Source: Nitrospirota bacterium (GTDB lineage: Bacteria; Nitrospirota; Nitrospiria; Nitrospirales; Nitrospiraceae). Taken from it: a stretch of DNA of 64,000 nucleotides. Numbering within the stretch: the stretch's first letter is position 1; each line of letters begins with the position of its first letter. The notes beneath the pieces were generated by a model. That model was not told where the DNA came from. It did no database searches and saw nothing but the letters and a program-made list of their open reading frames with translations. Where the stretch lies: assembly GCA_963701855.1 (NCBI GenBank), contig CAVPBK010000006.1, forward strand, positions 1,216,001-1,280,000, read 5' to 3'. Both the position numbers and the translations under genes were made by a program. Positions 9,291 to 18,173 of the stretch are shown piece after piece.

Positions 9291-10283
9291 TCACCCCAAT
9301 TCTTCGTGCACCGCCGCGGCTAACAACGGCACCATGATTTCGTGGTGGCCAATCAGGGAGTAGCCTTTCCCGCCCTTCTGGGTCGGCCGACGCACCACAT
9401 TGGTGAGCGGGCGGTAGTGAGCCAGGAAATCCATGTCCACGGTCGTAATGTTGGTCAGATCGTGACCAAGATTGCGTCCCAGTGACACCGTTTTGAGGAA
9501 GACTTCTGGCAAAATGACGGCAGAGCCAAGATTGAGATACACGCCCCCCTCCATCCCTGCCACGACAGCCGCGAGCCGTCGAAAGTCCAGCAGCGAGGTC
9601 GCTCCAATGGCGGCTCCGTCCGCAGCGGGATGCATATGGATGATGTCGGTACCGATGGCGACATGCACGGTCACCGGAATACCGAGCTTTGCTCCGGTCG
9701 CCAGAATGCTCGTCTCGCGATGGGGGAATTGCCCCTGGCGTCGGTTGATATAGTGGCCGACGGATTCGCCGAGCCCCTCGCGATCGCGAGCCCCGCGGAC
9801 GATCGCCTCGTTCAGCATGCAGCCGGTTTCTTCCGCCATTCCGAAGCGTCCCTCGTCGATCTCTGCGTCGACTTCCTCAGACGTGTGTCCCATGAGCGCC
9901 AATTCGAAATCGTGAATGATCCCGGCGCCGTTCATGGCCACGGCCGACACGATCCCTTGTTGCATGAGGTCCACGAGAATCGGACTCAATCCGACTTTGA
10001 TGACGTGAGCGCCAAGTCCCACGATGACGGGTCGGCCTTTGCGATGAGCCTTCACGATCGCTTTGGCGACCGCGCGTAAGGTTTTCACGCCAAGGATATC
10101 CGGCAGCGAGCGATAGAATTGGCTGAAGCTGCCTCCACGCCGCCAGGGGCCGGCAAAATCGGAGACGCGGACCTTGCTGTGCCGTTTTTTGAGCGGATAG
10201 GTTGTGAGATCCGTCACATTGATCGGCGGGATCAGGCTCGGAGTTGTGACGGGAGGCCGCTGCCGGTCAGGAGGCTTTGCCAA
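9291..10283 (-). CDS. Deoxyhypusine-synthase-like (GSU2086-type) protein
   Basis: GAHVIKVGLS, AMNGAGIIHDFE, VHVAIGTDIIH, GSAVILPEVFLK, GHHE; TTG start at 10283 is a guess (overlaps gmhA stop). Confidence 0.75.
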   Translation of the reverse strand: MAKPPDRQRPPVTTPSLIPPINVTDLTTYPLKKRHSKVRVSDFAGPWRRGGSFSQFYRSLPDILGVKTLRAVAKAIVKAHRKGRPVIVGLGAHVIKVGLSPILVDLMQQGIVSAVAMNGAGIIHDFELALMGHTSEEVDAEIDEGRFGMAEETGCMLNEAIVRGARDREGLGESVGHYINRRQGQFPHRETSILATGAKLGIPVTVHVAIGTDIIHMHPAADGAAIGATSLLDFRRLAAVVAGMEGGVYLNLGSAVILPEVFLKTVSLGRNLGHDLTNITTVDMDFLAHYRPLTNVVRRPTQKGGKGYSLIGHHEIMVPLLAAAVHEELG

Positions 10284-10845
10284 GGAGCTGTTCCTCGATG
10301 AGTTCACACAGGATGTGGCCGAGCGTGATGTGGCTTTCTTGAATGCGGGCCGTGACCGTCGAAGGCACGACGAACGGATATTCCACCAGACCAGCCAGTT
10401 TTCCGCCGGTCCCTCCGGTCCAGCCGATGGTGGTGAGTCCACAGGCCCGCGCAGCCTCCACACCCTTCAACACGTTGGGTGAATTGCCGCTGGTGCTGAT
10501 AGCGATGGCGACATCGCCTTTCTGGCCATGGGCACGGACTTGGCGGGCAAAGAGTTCTTCAAAACCGTAGTCATTGGCGATGCAGGTAATGGCGGCGATG
10601 TCGGTGGCCAGGGCGATGGCGGGGAGCGGGTCTCGCTCTCGTTTATAGCGGCCGACGAACTCGGCTGCGATGTGGGCCGCATCCGTGGCGCTTCCGCCGT
10701 TGCCGAAGAGTAACACTTTTCGGCCTTCGCGAAAGGCCGTGGTCATCAGTTTCACGACTTGCACGATGCGATCGGCATGCTCGCGCGCGAACTGTTGCTT
10801 GACGGTCGCGCTGTCGGCAAACGCACTGAGTACATGTTCTTTCAT
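10267..10845 (-). CDS. gmhA: Phosphoheptose isomerase
   Basis: FGNGGSATDAAHIAAE, ANDYG, ISTSGNS, RIQESH. Confidence 0.95.
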   Translation of the reverse strand: MKEHVLSAFADSATVKQQFAREHADRIVQVVKLMTTAFREGRKVLLFGNGGSATDAAHIAAEFVGRYKRERDPLPAIALATDIAAITCIANDYGFEELFARQVRAHGQKGDVAIAISTSGNSPNVLKGVEAARACGLTTIGWTGGTGGKLAGLVEYPFVVPSTVTARIQESHITLGHILCELIEEQLLGKAS

Positions 10846-10878
10846 GGAAAGCGATTCTAGGCAACCCTCCACCATCTG

Positions 10879-11838
10879 TCAAACGTGACTTGCGGGTTGG
10901 TTAGGCTTTATTGTGGCGAGGGGACCCGTCTGTCGAATAGCGCTCATTGCCAGCGCAATCATGGAGCCGACATCGGAGACCGTCGCCGGCAGGATGAGGG
11001 TATTGTTCGTTTTCGCCAACTCTCCAAACTTACTGATGTACTGTTCCGCCACCCGCAGCTGGACGGCCTCCTGACCTCCCGGAACCTGGATCGTCTCCGC
11101 GACCTTGCGGAGGCCTTCAGCCGTGGCCTGCGCGATGGCGAGGATGGCCGAGGCCGCTCCCTCTGCCTCGTTGATCTGCTGTTGTTTTTTTGCCTCGGAG
11201 GCTTTGATCACTTGTTGTTTCTCGCCCTCGGCCTGGTTGATCGCCGCGTCGCGTTCGCCCTCGGAGGTGAGAATCACTGCCCGCTTTTCCCGTTCCGCCC
11301 GCATCTGCTTCTCCATCGCATCCAGTACGCCCTTGGGGGGGGTGATGTTCTTGATCTCATACCGGAGGACTTTGACGCCCCAAGGATCCGAGGCCTTGTC
11401 GAGTTCGTTGACCACCTGGATATTGATGTTGGTTCGCTCCTCGAACGTCCGATCGAGCTCGATCTTGCCGATCTCGCTCCGTAGTGTGGTCTGCGCAAGC
11501 TGGATCAGAGCGAAATTATAGTCGCTGATGCCATACGACGCGCGCTGAGGGTTCAAGATCTTGAGGTACAAGATGCCATCCACCGACACCTGCACGTTAT
11601 CGCGCGTAATACAAACCTGCTCGGGAATATCGATGGCCGTTTCCTTGAGCGAATGTTTGTAACGAATGCGGTCGATGAAGGGGAGGAGCATATGAAACCC
11701 CGCATCCAGCGTGGCGGCATATTTGCCAAGTCGCTCGACCACATAAGCACTTTGCTGCGGGACCACCACGGCGGTCTTGGCGATGATGATCAGCACCAGC
11801 AAAGCCAATATCAGCACGACAAATAGTCCGCCGGTCAT
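10879..11838 (-). CDS. SPFH/band-7 (QmcA-like) membrane protein
   Basis: VVERLGKY, ITRDNV, AQTTLRSEIG, AMEKQMRAERE; GGAGGAGG RBS before ATG 11838. Confidence 0.92.
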   Translation of the reverse strand: MTGGLFVVLILALLVLIIIAKTAVVVPQQSAYVVERLGKYAATLDAGFHMLLPFIDRIRYKHSLKETAIDIPEQVCITRDNVQVSVDGILYLKILNPQRASYGISDYNFALIQLAQTTLRSEIGKIELDRTFEERTNINIQVVNELDKASDPWGVKVLRYEIKNITPPKGVLDAMEKQMRAEREKRAVILTSEGERDAAINQAEGEKQQVIKASEAKKQQQINEAEGAASAILAIAQATAEGLRKVAETIQVPGGQEAVQLRVAEQYISKFGELAKTNNTLILPATVSDVGSMIALAMSAIRQTGPLATIKPNQPASHV

Positions 11839-11881
11839 CGTTACCTCCTCCATAGTCGTCGGCCCTCTTAGCTGTTCTCCG

Positions 11882-12316
11882 TCATTCGGCTGTAATCCAC
11901 AAGGTGAGCCCTTCGACCCGCTCAACCTTGCAGCGTTGGTTCTTTTTCAAGGGAGCGGGCCCGGCATTGTGGGCGGTCCAGGTGGTGCCGCGCAGTTCCG
12001 CCTTGCCGGTGCCACCCGGCGCCAGATCCTCGAGCGGGATTGCGGTTTCGCCTCCCATCGAATCTACGGCAGGGGTCTCGACCTCCTGCGTCTTGATCCA
12101 GGCCAACAACGGTCCACGGAAGACGAGCAGTGACAGAATTGCAAGTCCTGAAAACAAGAGCCACTGGATCCATTCCGCCTGGGCGAACCCCAGGCCGGCC
12201 AGACTGCCGACGATCAGAGCAGCCAGTCCAAAAAAGAGAATATAGAAGCCCCCGGGCGTGGCCATTTCGACGCCGAGTAGCACGAGGCCGAGGAGCATCC
12301 AATACCACCAGATCAT
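11882..12316 (-). CDS. NfeD-like membrane protein (SPFH partner)
   Basis: Trp-rich N-terminal TMs, C-terminal OB fold (GKAELRGTTW..VERVEGLTL); canonical pairing with SPFH. Confidence 0.9.
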   Translation of the reverse strand: MIWWYWMLLGLVLLGVEMATPGGFYILFFGLAALIVGSLAGLGFAQAEWIQWLLFSGLAILSLLVFRGPLLAWIKTQEVETPAVDSMGGETAIPLEDLAPGGTGKAELRGTTWTAHNAGPAPLKKNQRCKVERVEGLTLWITAE

Positions 12317-12426
12317 CGGGAGACCTTATTCAGTATTCGAGAGGGTTGCGGGGAATGGGAGACCGTCATGAAAGTCTAAGCGCCTTTCCATAGACCGTCA
12401 AGCCGGAAGGCTTTTATGCCGTCCTA

Positions 12427-12435
12427 TGTTATAGT
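12427..12435 (+). promoter_or_regulatory. Extended -10 promoter, near-leaderless transcript
   Basis: TGTTATAGT ends 9 nt before ATG 12445; no Shine-Dalgarno. Confidence 0.45.
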
Positions 12436-12444
12436 TCGCGCGAA

Positions 12445-13701
12445 ATGGCGCAAGACCAACCAGTCAAAGCCTTAGTGCTCGCGTTTACCGATCATGCGAC
12501 GGCGGCAGTCTACTCGATCAATCGTCTGCAGCCGGACTCGCTTTGCTTCGTGTTGCCTGAAGGGGCGAAGTCGCTCATAGAATCCGAGGTCCAGCCGAAG
12601 ATCAAGCACCTGCCTAGACGGTGGGATTGGGTGATTCTCGCAGAGACCGGCGAATTTGTCGGTTGCTATCAGACTCTTGCCAGGACACTCCCGGAAATGT
12701 TGCGTACATGGGAGGTGCATCCGGGCGAACTTGTCGTCGATGTGACCGGCGCCACCCCAGCCATGGCGGGCGCGTTGACGTTGGTTACCATGCCGCTGAG
12801 TTCGCGGATCGTGTCGCTCGTGCCGGCACGAGAGGGGCAGGAGGAGGACAGGATCGATATTGCCGGGCAGCCGTTCATTTGGACGCAGGGAAATCCCTGG
12901 GATGAGGCGGCAACTGTCTCACGTCGCGAGGGCTGCGAGCTGTTCAATCAGAGATTGTTCGCCGCAGCGGCGAAGCTGTTCCGCGAGATCGAAGCACGGG
13001 TGAGCGGCGGGCAGAAACCGCTCTATCGGGCCTTTGCAGACCTGGCAGATGGCTACGATCTGTGGGAGCGATTTCACTATCGTCAAGCCTGGGAAAAACT
13101 CAGGACCGCCGTAAGGGCCTTCGAGATGGCGTCCCTGTGGGGTGGACCACCAGGACTCACGTCCCTGTTACCAGCCATCAAAGCGAATGCGGGATTCTTG
13201 GAAAAGCTCGTCCTTGACCCTGCTCCCGTAAAAGATATGCAGGCCCACGATCTGCTAGCCCATGCCGGTCGGCGATTGCATGGCCTGCACGATTCGGAAG
13301 CAGCAATGGTTTCGCTCGTGCGTGCGCTCGAAGCTTTCGCCCAGCGACAGCTGTTCAAACAATGCCAGATCAAAACTTGGGATGTGCAGCCGGAGCAGTT
13401 GCCGCAGGCGCTGCAAGAAACCTGTCGATCTTGCTGGCTGGAAGATCTCGACGGCAAGTACAAGCTGCCCCTGCAGGCTCAGTTTCGAGCGCTGGCTGGA
13501 TTGGGCGACCAGATGGGCCAAGCCTTTTTGCGCGAGTGGCCGACGATGAAACCCCTGCTCGATGCCGCGCATCATGCCGTCCTCGGCCACGGCTTCGAGC
13601 CGGTGAAAGCCGAGCGGGTGCAGCAGCTATACGACGTGGTCATTAAACTATCGGGCGTCAGCGAGACATCGTTGCCGAAGTTTCCGATGCTGAACGTTTA
13701 G
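12445..13701 (+). CDS. TIGR02710/Csm6-like CARF-helical-HEPN protein with degenerate motifs
   Basis: CARF VVDVTGATPAMAGAL; NPW, LFN, GYDLWERF, RALEAFAQ; C-terminal AHHAVLGHGF in place of RNxSxLAHG. Confidence 0.8.
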   Translation: MAQDQPVKALVLAFTDHATAAVYSINRLQPDSLCFVLPEGAKSLIESEVQPKIKHLPRRWDWVILAETGEFVGCYQTLARTLPEMLRTWEVHPGELVVDVTGATPAMAGALTLVTMPLSSRIVSLVPAREGQEEDRIDIAGQPFIWTQGNPWDEAATVSRREGCELFNQRLFAAAAKLFREIEARVSGGQKPLYRAFADLADGYDLWERFHYRQAWEKLRTAVRAFEMASLWGGPPGLTSLLPAIKANAGFLEKLVLDPAPVKDMQAHDLLAHAGRRLHGLHDSEAAMVSLVRALEAFAQRQLFKQCQIKTWDVQPEQLPQALQETCRSCWLEDLDGKYKLPLQAQFRALAGLGDQMGQAFLREWPTMKPLLDAAHHAVLGHGFEPVKAERVQQLYDVVIKLSGVSETSLPKFPMLNV

Positions 13702-13885
13702 CGCGACGTGTTCGGGGAAGTCTTGAGGACACGAGAACAGGGTTCAGACATGTCGTTCAGGGCGGTAAAGACTGGTCTAACGGAAAATCAAGCGTTTATG
13801 GGTTGCCGAGATGCTGGGTTCCGTGAGTTCAAATTATTATGAGTTTGAAAACTAATCTGACAGCCGTGCAGAGTTGACTGCGCGA

Positions 13886-14275
13886 TCATTTCTTGCCGCA
13901 CGCAAGCTTCCACAGAGTGTGGTCAAGACTATCTGATGAAATTCGTAGCCACTTGCCTTTTCCTGAGCTACGATCAATTACATTACCATTTCCCATATTG
14001 CCAGAAAAATACATGACCGCAAGCCCCTCATAGCGCTGTTCGGCACAGTCATAATCCATGTGCGCTTTTGCCGACGAATATGAGACTCCTTCCTTGGTTC
14101 GTACTGTCTTGAAGTCGAACAGTACCCACATCTTCACCAGATCCCCTTCTCGGCGTATGGTGGTTGGATCCGCATATACAGTCGTTCCTGAGTCGCTTTC
14201 GCCAAGCGACATCCAGTCTGCATACGCAGGTCCGTTACTCAGGAAGAAAAGGATGATTATAAGCAGTCGTGTCAT
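13886..14275 (-). CDS. Surface-adhesin E-like exported protein
   Basis: Signal peptide AYADW, VYADPTTIRR, YDC, terminal LWKLACGKK. Confidence 0.75.
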   Translation of the reverse strand: MTRLLIIILFFLSNGPAYADWMSLGESDSGTTVYADPTTIRREGDLVKMWVLFDFKTVRTKEGVSYSSAKAHMDYDCAEQRYEGLAVMYFSGNMGNGNVIDRSSGKGKWLRISSDSLDHTLWKLACGKK

Positions 14276-14312
14276 GTATCTCACCTTGAACCGTGCAGCG
14301 ATGGCTACCCGA

Positions 14313-14709
14313 TTACTTTTTGCTGCAAGCAAGCTTCCCCAGGTCGGATGAAACGCTCCCTGGTGCAACAGGTTTCCACTTTTGTTTATTTGAGTCCTTA
14401 GAAACCACCTTGCCACTCCCCAACCATATTGCCAGGGAACTTCATAAGTGTAATTATCCGCTCGCGGTCTTTTGTGCAGTCGTACTCGTGTTGCGCCTTG
14501 ACAGACAAGTACGAGATGCCACTTACGATTTGTACAGTCTTGAAGTCGTTCAAATGCCACACCTTCACCAGACTCCCTTTGCGGTGAATGGTGCCTGGAT
14601 CGGCGTATACAGTCACTCCTGCTTCCTCGTTGCCACCAACCGCCACCCACTCCGCATACGCTGGAACGCTACTCAGGAAGAAAAGGCTAAATAGAAGTAG
14701 TCGTGTCAT
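14313..14709 (-). pseudogene. Tandem adhesin-E-like paralog, frameshifted near 14420
   Basis: Same N-terminus as 13886-14275; after GNM another frame gives GSGKVVSKDSNKQKWKPVAPGSVSSDLGKLACSKK*. Confidence 0.75.
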
Positions 14710-14927
14710 TAGGTTGCCCCCGCGTAACAGATCGTCAGTATTGCGGGTGAAACTGTGGAAGTGTGCGCCCATTTGAGGGAGAGTTCAAATGCAACTTGGA
14801 GCAGCTTCGCGGTACCTTGCGGGGGTCAAGGGTTGGTCGCTACGGACGAGTGCGGAGAGTCTGAGGCGTGTCTACCGCAGGCTTGGCTCGGGGGTCTCGG
14901 TGAAGAGCGGACTGCGACGGACCCTAC

Positions 14928-15035
14928 TCAGCAGCCCTTGAACTGCGTTGCCTGACAATGTTGCGCGAGTCGCTGGGCTTCTGCAATCTGCGAGGGAGTC
15001 ATACTACGGGCGGCCTAATCTCGATTGTCTGCTGC
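14928..15035 (-). pseudogene. 3' remnant of a Sel1-repeat protein gene
   Basis: AADNRD*AARSMTPSQIAEAQRLAQHCQATQFKGC* matches the C-terminus of 55701-56498 (SADNRESVARRMTDTQIAKGQQLSQQCQAQQFKGC*). Confidence 0.8.
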
Positions 15036-15405
15036 TTTGATTTTCTGCGCCATTCTTCATGTACAGCTCAATTGCGTCCTTGGCATTTGCCGCGGTGACA
15101 GTGTCCTTGAACACGAACCCGCTTGATTCAAGATGAGTCTTTTGCCATTTCTTACCATAGGCTCCGAAGACTACACACTGCACAACGCTTCCCACATTGA
15201 TGATGAGATTAGCTTGCTCCATTCCAATGCTCGCAGCCGCAATACCCCAAATCGCAAAGAACGCGCCTAACACTCCAAACCCCAACGCCCACATCTTTTT
15301 GGACAGCGCCCAGAAGGGACCAAACCCGCAAGCATTCCACGACCAACCTTGCTCAACAGCCTCATAGCCTCCTTGAGGGTTTGCATAGACCTCGAATTGC
15401 TTCAT
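15004..15405 (-). CDS. DUF2628-like membrane protein
   Basis: AVEQGWSW..FGPFWALSKKMW, two TM segments, GFVFKDTVTAAN; GAAGGA RBS. Confidence 0.7.
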   Translation of the reverse strand: MKQFEVYANPQGGYEAVEQGWSWNACGFGPFWALSKKMWALGFGVLGAFFAIWGIAAASIGMEQANLIINVGSVVQCVVFGAYGKKWQKTHLESSGFVFKDTVTAANAKDAIELYMKNGAENQSSRQSRLGRP

Positions 15406-15478
15406 GTGTCTTTTCCTTCGGTATGGTCGATAACACGATTGCGAAGAGTCTGCGGCGTGACTACTGCGAGCGTGGAGA

Positions 15479-15814
15479 CTAACGAGGAACAGGAAGTTCA
15501 AACAGGAAACGAATGCCCACTATATACATGGTGACGCAGCCGCTTATGGGAATGAGGCGAGTCCAACACACTTCCACCAGTTTGGTAATCTGCTCTTTTC
15601 TCGACTCTGAAGGCACCAGAATCTCGATCACCTGTCGTGTGTTCACTTTCTCAGGAAGCAAGAGCAACATGCCGCTACCGCTGCAATTGATCGAGTGCCC
15701 GTGCCCTTCTGAAAACTCCACAGTGTTGCTGTCCACAAAATTTGCCAACTCGTAGGAGTACGTTCTCCCGCAGGGCACACGCTCGCTATCTCTTCGTTCC
15801 TGTTGATTTGGCAT
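15479..15814 (-). CDS. Stand-alone PilZ-domain protein
   Basis: RRDSER (RxxxR) and NCSGSG (N/DxSxxG), VCW, GIRF. Confidence 0.78.
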   Translation of the reverse strand: MPNQQERRDSERVPCGRTYSYELANFVDSNTVEFSEGHGHSINCSGSGMLLLLPEKVNTRQVIEILVPSESRKEQITKLVEVCWTRLIPISGCVTMYIVGIRFLFELPVPR

Positions 15815-16301
15815 ATCTATTTCCAGGATTGTTGTAGGCGCTAACACCAGACTCGTTAGGCGGGATTCTGCTCCCGGGTCGAGGACATTTGCAAACCCTC
15901 TTTCGTATGGAGCCATTCAGCCAGTTCTACTGTCATGCCCCTCATGTTTGACGCGATACGTGTTTATCGAAAACGCTGGAGAGTTGCGTCAAGCACTTCA
16001 AGCTCCAGTGGCATATAAGGGTAGCAGATCATCGTGGGTCTAAAACATCGACTGAGAGTCTGTCAGAGAGAGACTCGCATCGACGATTGGAGTGGTGAGT
16101 ACGAAGTTCTGCGAAGAGTCTAGATGCTCTTGAGGAAAGTTGTGTTTGTGGAAGGGGGGAGACGATCACTACTTCACAGTTGTTTCCCGAACATTGGTGT
16201 ATTATCGTTGGGTTATCTCAATTAGAAAAGCAAAATATGGCATGAAATGTTGTTGTTTGTTATGAGCAGAAACGGTCAAACTCCAAGTCATTGATACTAT
16301 T

Positions 16302-16682
16302 ATGGACATTCGCATCTACTACGAAGATACCGACTGCGGCGGGGTGGTGTACTACGCGAACTATCTCAAGTATTTCGAGCGGGCGCGGACACAGTATCTC
16401 GAAGAGCGTGGGTTGTCCGTGGCCGGGCTCATGAAGGAAGGCACGGTGTTCGTCGTGGTGCATGCCGAAGTTGATTACAGATCTCCAGCCCGCTATGGCG
16501 ACAGGTTGGTCATCGAAACGGTTGTTTCCGACATGACGGCAGCCTCTTTCACGTTTTCACATGTGATCCGAGAGAAGGAGAGCCGGCAAGTGGTCGTCGA
16601 AGGATCGGCCAGGTTGGCGGCAACGGATGGAAATGGAAAAGTGAAGCGACTCGACAAGGCGATGATCGCCGTATTAAAATAA
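16302..16682 (+). CDS. ybgC: YbgC/FadM acyl-CoA thioesterase
   Basis: RIYYEDTDCGGVVYYANYLKYFERART. Confidence 0.9.
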   Translation: MDIRIYYEDTDCGGVVYYANYLKYFERARTQYLEERGLSVAGLMKEGTVFVVVHAEVDYRSPARYGDRLVIETVVSDMTAASFTFSHVIREKESRQVVVEGSARLAATDGNGKVKRLDKAMIAVLK

Positions 16683-16706
16683 TCGTCTTGAATAAGGAGT
16701 CATGAA

Positions 16707-16859
16707 ATGGAAACGGAGTGGGTGGGTTTTGGATGGGCAGGGATCGGAAGCTGGGTCATCATGGCCGGTTGGACAATCGGTTTAGCCATACTTGCCTGGT
16801 GGTTTTACATGCCAAATCCGATGGCTAAAGATGGCAAGAAGGACAAGAAGAAGTTGTAA
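16707..16859 (+). CDS. 50-aa single-pass membrane protein
   Basis: AAGGAG RBS 7 nt upstream; METEWVGFGWAGIGSWVIMAGWTIGLAILAWWFYMPNPMAKDGKKDKKKL*. Confidence 0.7.
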   Translation: METEWVGFGWAGIGSWVIMAGWTIGLAILAWWFYMPNPMAKDGKKDKKKL

Positions 16860-16952
16860 CCCAACTGTACGTATTCCCCTCCAGCGCAACCTTCGCCATC
16901 ACAAGATTTATCCAACATGACGGGGCTCATCGGTCGCTAGAACGCGCTGCGC

Positions 16953-17134
16953 TAACCCGCATTATTCATGAAGGTTCGTTGCGAAAGCGTGCAGACGCGA
17001 CGCGAGACGGGCACTTGGAGCCGTGAGACCCTGAGGCATACTCGTGCAGTATGGCAAAGGGCTGAACGGCGAGACTGGCCGTCGTAGCAGCGTATCCGCG
17101 CTTGCAGCAGAAGCGTCATGAATAATGTGGGTTA
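16953..17134 (+). mobile_element. MITE-like element, family B
   Basis: TIRs TAACCCGCATTATTCATGA / TCATGAATAATGTGGGTTA; interior similar to 51553-51766. Confidence 0.8.
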
Positions 17135-17171
17135 AGGGCGACCCAACAGCAAGGCCATTGGACGGGCTAAG

Positions 17172-17615
17172 TCAACTCTCTGGCGGGACTTGTTTATCGC
17201 GTATGTGCCGGTTTAGCGCTACGCCGAGTTCTTGGCACTTATTCATGAGGCCTTCATAGGTCTTGAGGTTGGCGTTGTACTCGGCCATCGGATACTTGCT
17301 GAGATCACCTTGGCTCTTCTCATAAAACCGCCCACAGATATCCCGGAGGGCTTGGATAGTTTCGAGCAACGCCGCTGTGTATTGGCGTGAAACCTCCAAC
17401 GATCCCGGCTCGGTTTTTAATGCCGCCGAAATAGCAGTCAGTTTGGAGGCTAACCGATCGAGGTCTTTAAAATGAGCCCCAAAATCCGTGGCCTTGAAAA
17501 GCCCTGGAATTGGGAGTGTCTTGCGCCATGAAAACTTAAAGATCGCGTCATGAATGGCGACGTATTCGCCAAGAATGGCATTCGTTCGGGTCAGCTCCTC
17601 GGGAAGGTCCGGCAT
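17172..17615 (-). CDS. Hypothetical all-helical protein, probable gene cassette
   Basis: 147-aa ORF starting just downstream of an attC core that is interrupted by a MITE. Confidence 0.7.
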   Translation of the reverse strand: MPDLPEELTRTNAILGEYVAIHDAIFKFSWRKTLPIPGLFKATDFGAHFKDLDRLASKLTAISAALKTEPGSLEVSRQYTAALLETIQALRDICGRFYEKSQGDLSKYPMAEYNANLKTYEGLMNKCQELGVALNRHIRDKQVPPES

Positions 17616-17637
17616 ATCTCACTCACGAGAGTGTGGC

Positions 17638-17762
17638 TGGCCCGTATCATTTATGCGCGCTTCGCTGCAATTGTATCCTCGCATGCGGGATACGAGGTTG
17701 GCTTCACGAGAAACGAGCTTTCTGGAGATATCGAGACAAACCGTCATGAATAATGCGGGCTA
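17638..17762 (-). mobile_element. MITE-like element, family B (short, inverted)
   Basis: Ends TGGCCCGTATCATTTATG / TCATGAATAATGCGGGCTA. Confidence 0.72.
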
Positions 17763-17848
17763 TCGACCCAAGCTCAGCGACCGGCTTATGAGGAGCGTAG
17801 ATTCACCCCCTGTGCGATGGCTTGGAATGGTGCAGCTGTTGGTTAAGC
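17758..17848 (-). other. Integron attC site (degenerate)
   Basis: Minus strand GCTTAAC (contains the ORF stop) ... GTCGCTGAGCTTGGGTC-GATAGCC. Confidence 0.7.
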
Positions 17849-18055
17849 GTTATCTTTGCTTCGTCTCTCCCGTTTCCAAGCTCCCCAGGCATAGAAAAAC
17901 CCAACCGGTGCGCTGATGAGGCATACCCATGCCAGAGGAGACGATTCTGCGAACAGCCAACCGGCAAAAGCGGTATAGATCACTGCTCCTCCAAAGTAGA
18001 CATACCAAGGAATCTTGTCTCTTTTTTCAGAAGGTGTATTGGATTGCGATGTCAT
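17843..18055 (-). CDS. 70-aa two-TM protein, gene cassette
   Basis: Preceded by GTTAGGC and GGAG RBS; stop lies inside the R'' box. Confidence 0.68.
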   Translation of the reverse strand: MTSQSNTPSEKRDKIPWYVYFGGAVIYTAFAGWLFAESSPLAWVCLISAPVGFFYAWGAWKRERRSKDNA

Positions 18056-18080
18056 CGAGTGCTCCGAAGCGCCTCGTGAG

Positions 18081-18173
18081 GCCTAACTATGTATTATCTG
18101 GTTCCGGATAACAAGCCACGTGCTCTTCCTCCGAAACATTTCACGTTTCACTGACTGCTGGACTGGTTAGCCA
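18081..18173 (-). other. Integron attC site
   Basis: Minus strand GGCTAAC (contains the YcxB stop) ... GTTAGGC. Confidence 0.7.

Noticed and set aside
13741..13812. c-di-GMP-I riboswitch (GGTCTAA...GGGTTGCCG)
   Set aside because: Lacks the GGCAAA/GAAA-tetraloop P1-P2 elements.
12300..14000. CRISPR array or cas operon near the CARF gene
   Set aside because: No regularly spaced repeats or cas-like ORFs seen anywhere in the window.
13886..14650. 254-aa ORF as a single gene
   Set aside because: The upstream half is an off-frame read of the paralog; the real start is 14275.
16859..17170. Fourth attC downstream of the 17172 gene
   Set aside because: GTTGGGT cores are present but no convincing R''/L boxes once the MITE is removed.
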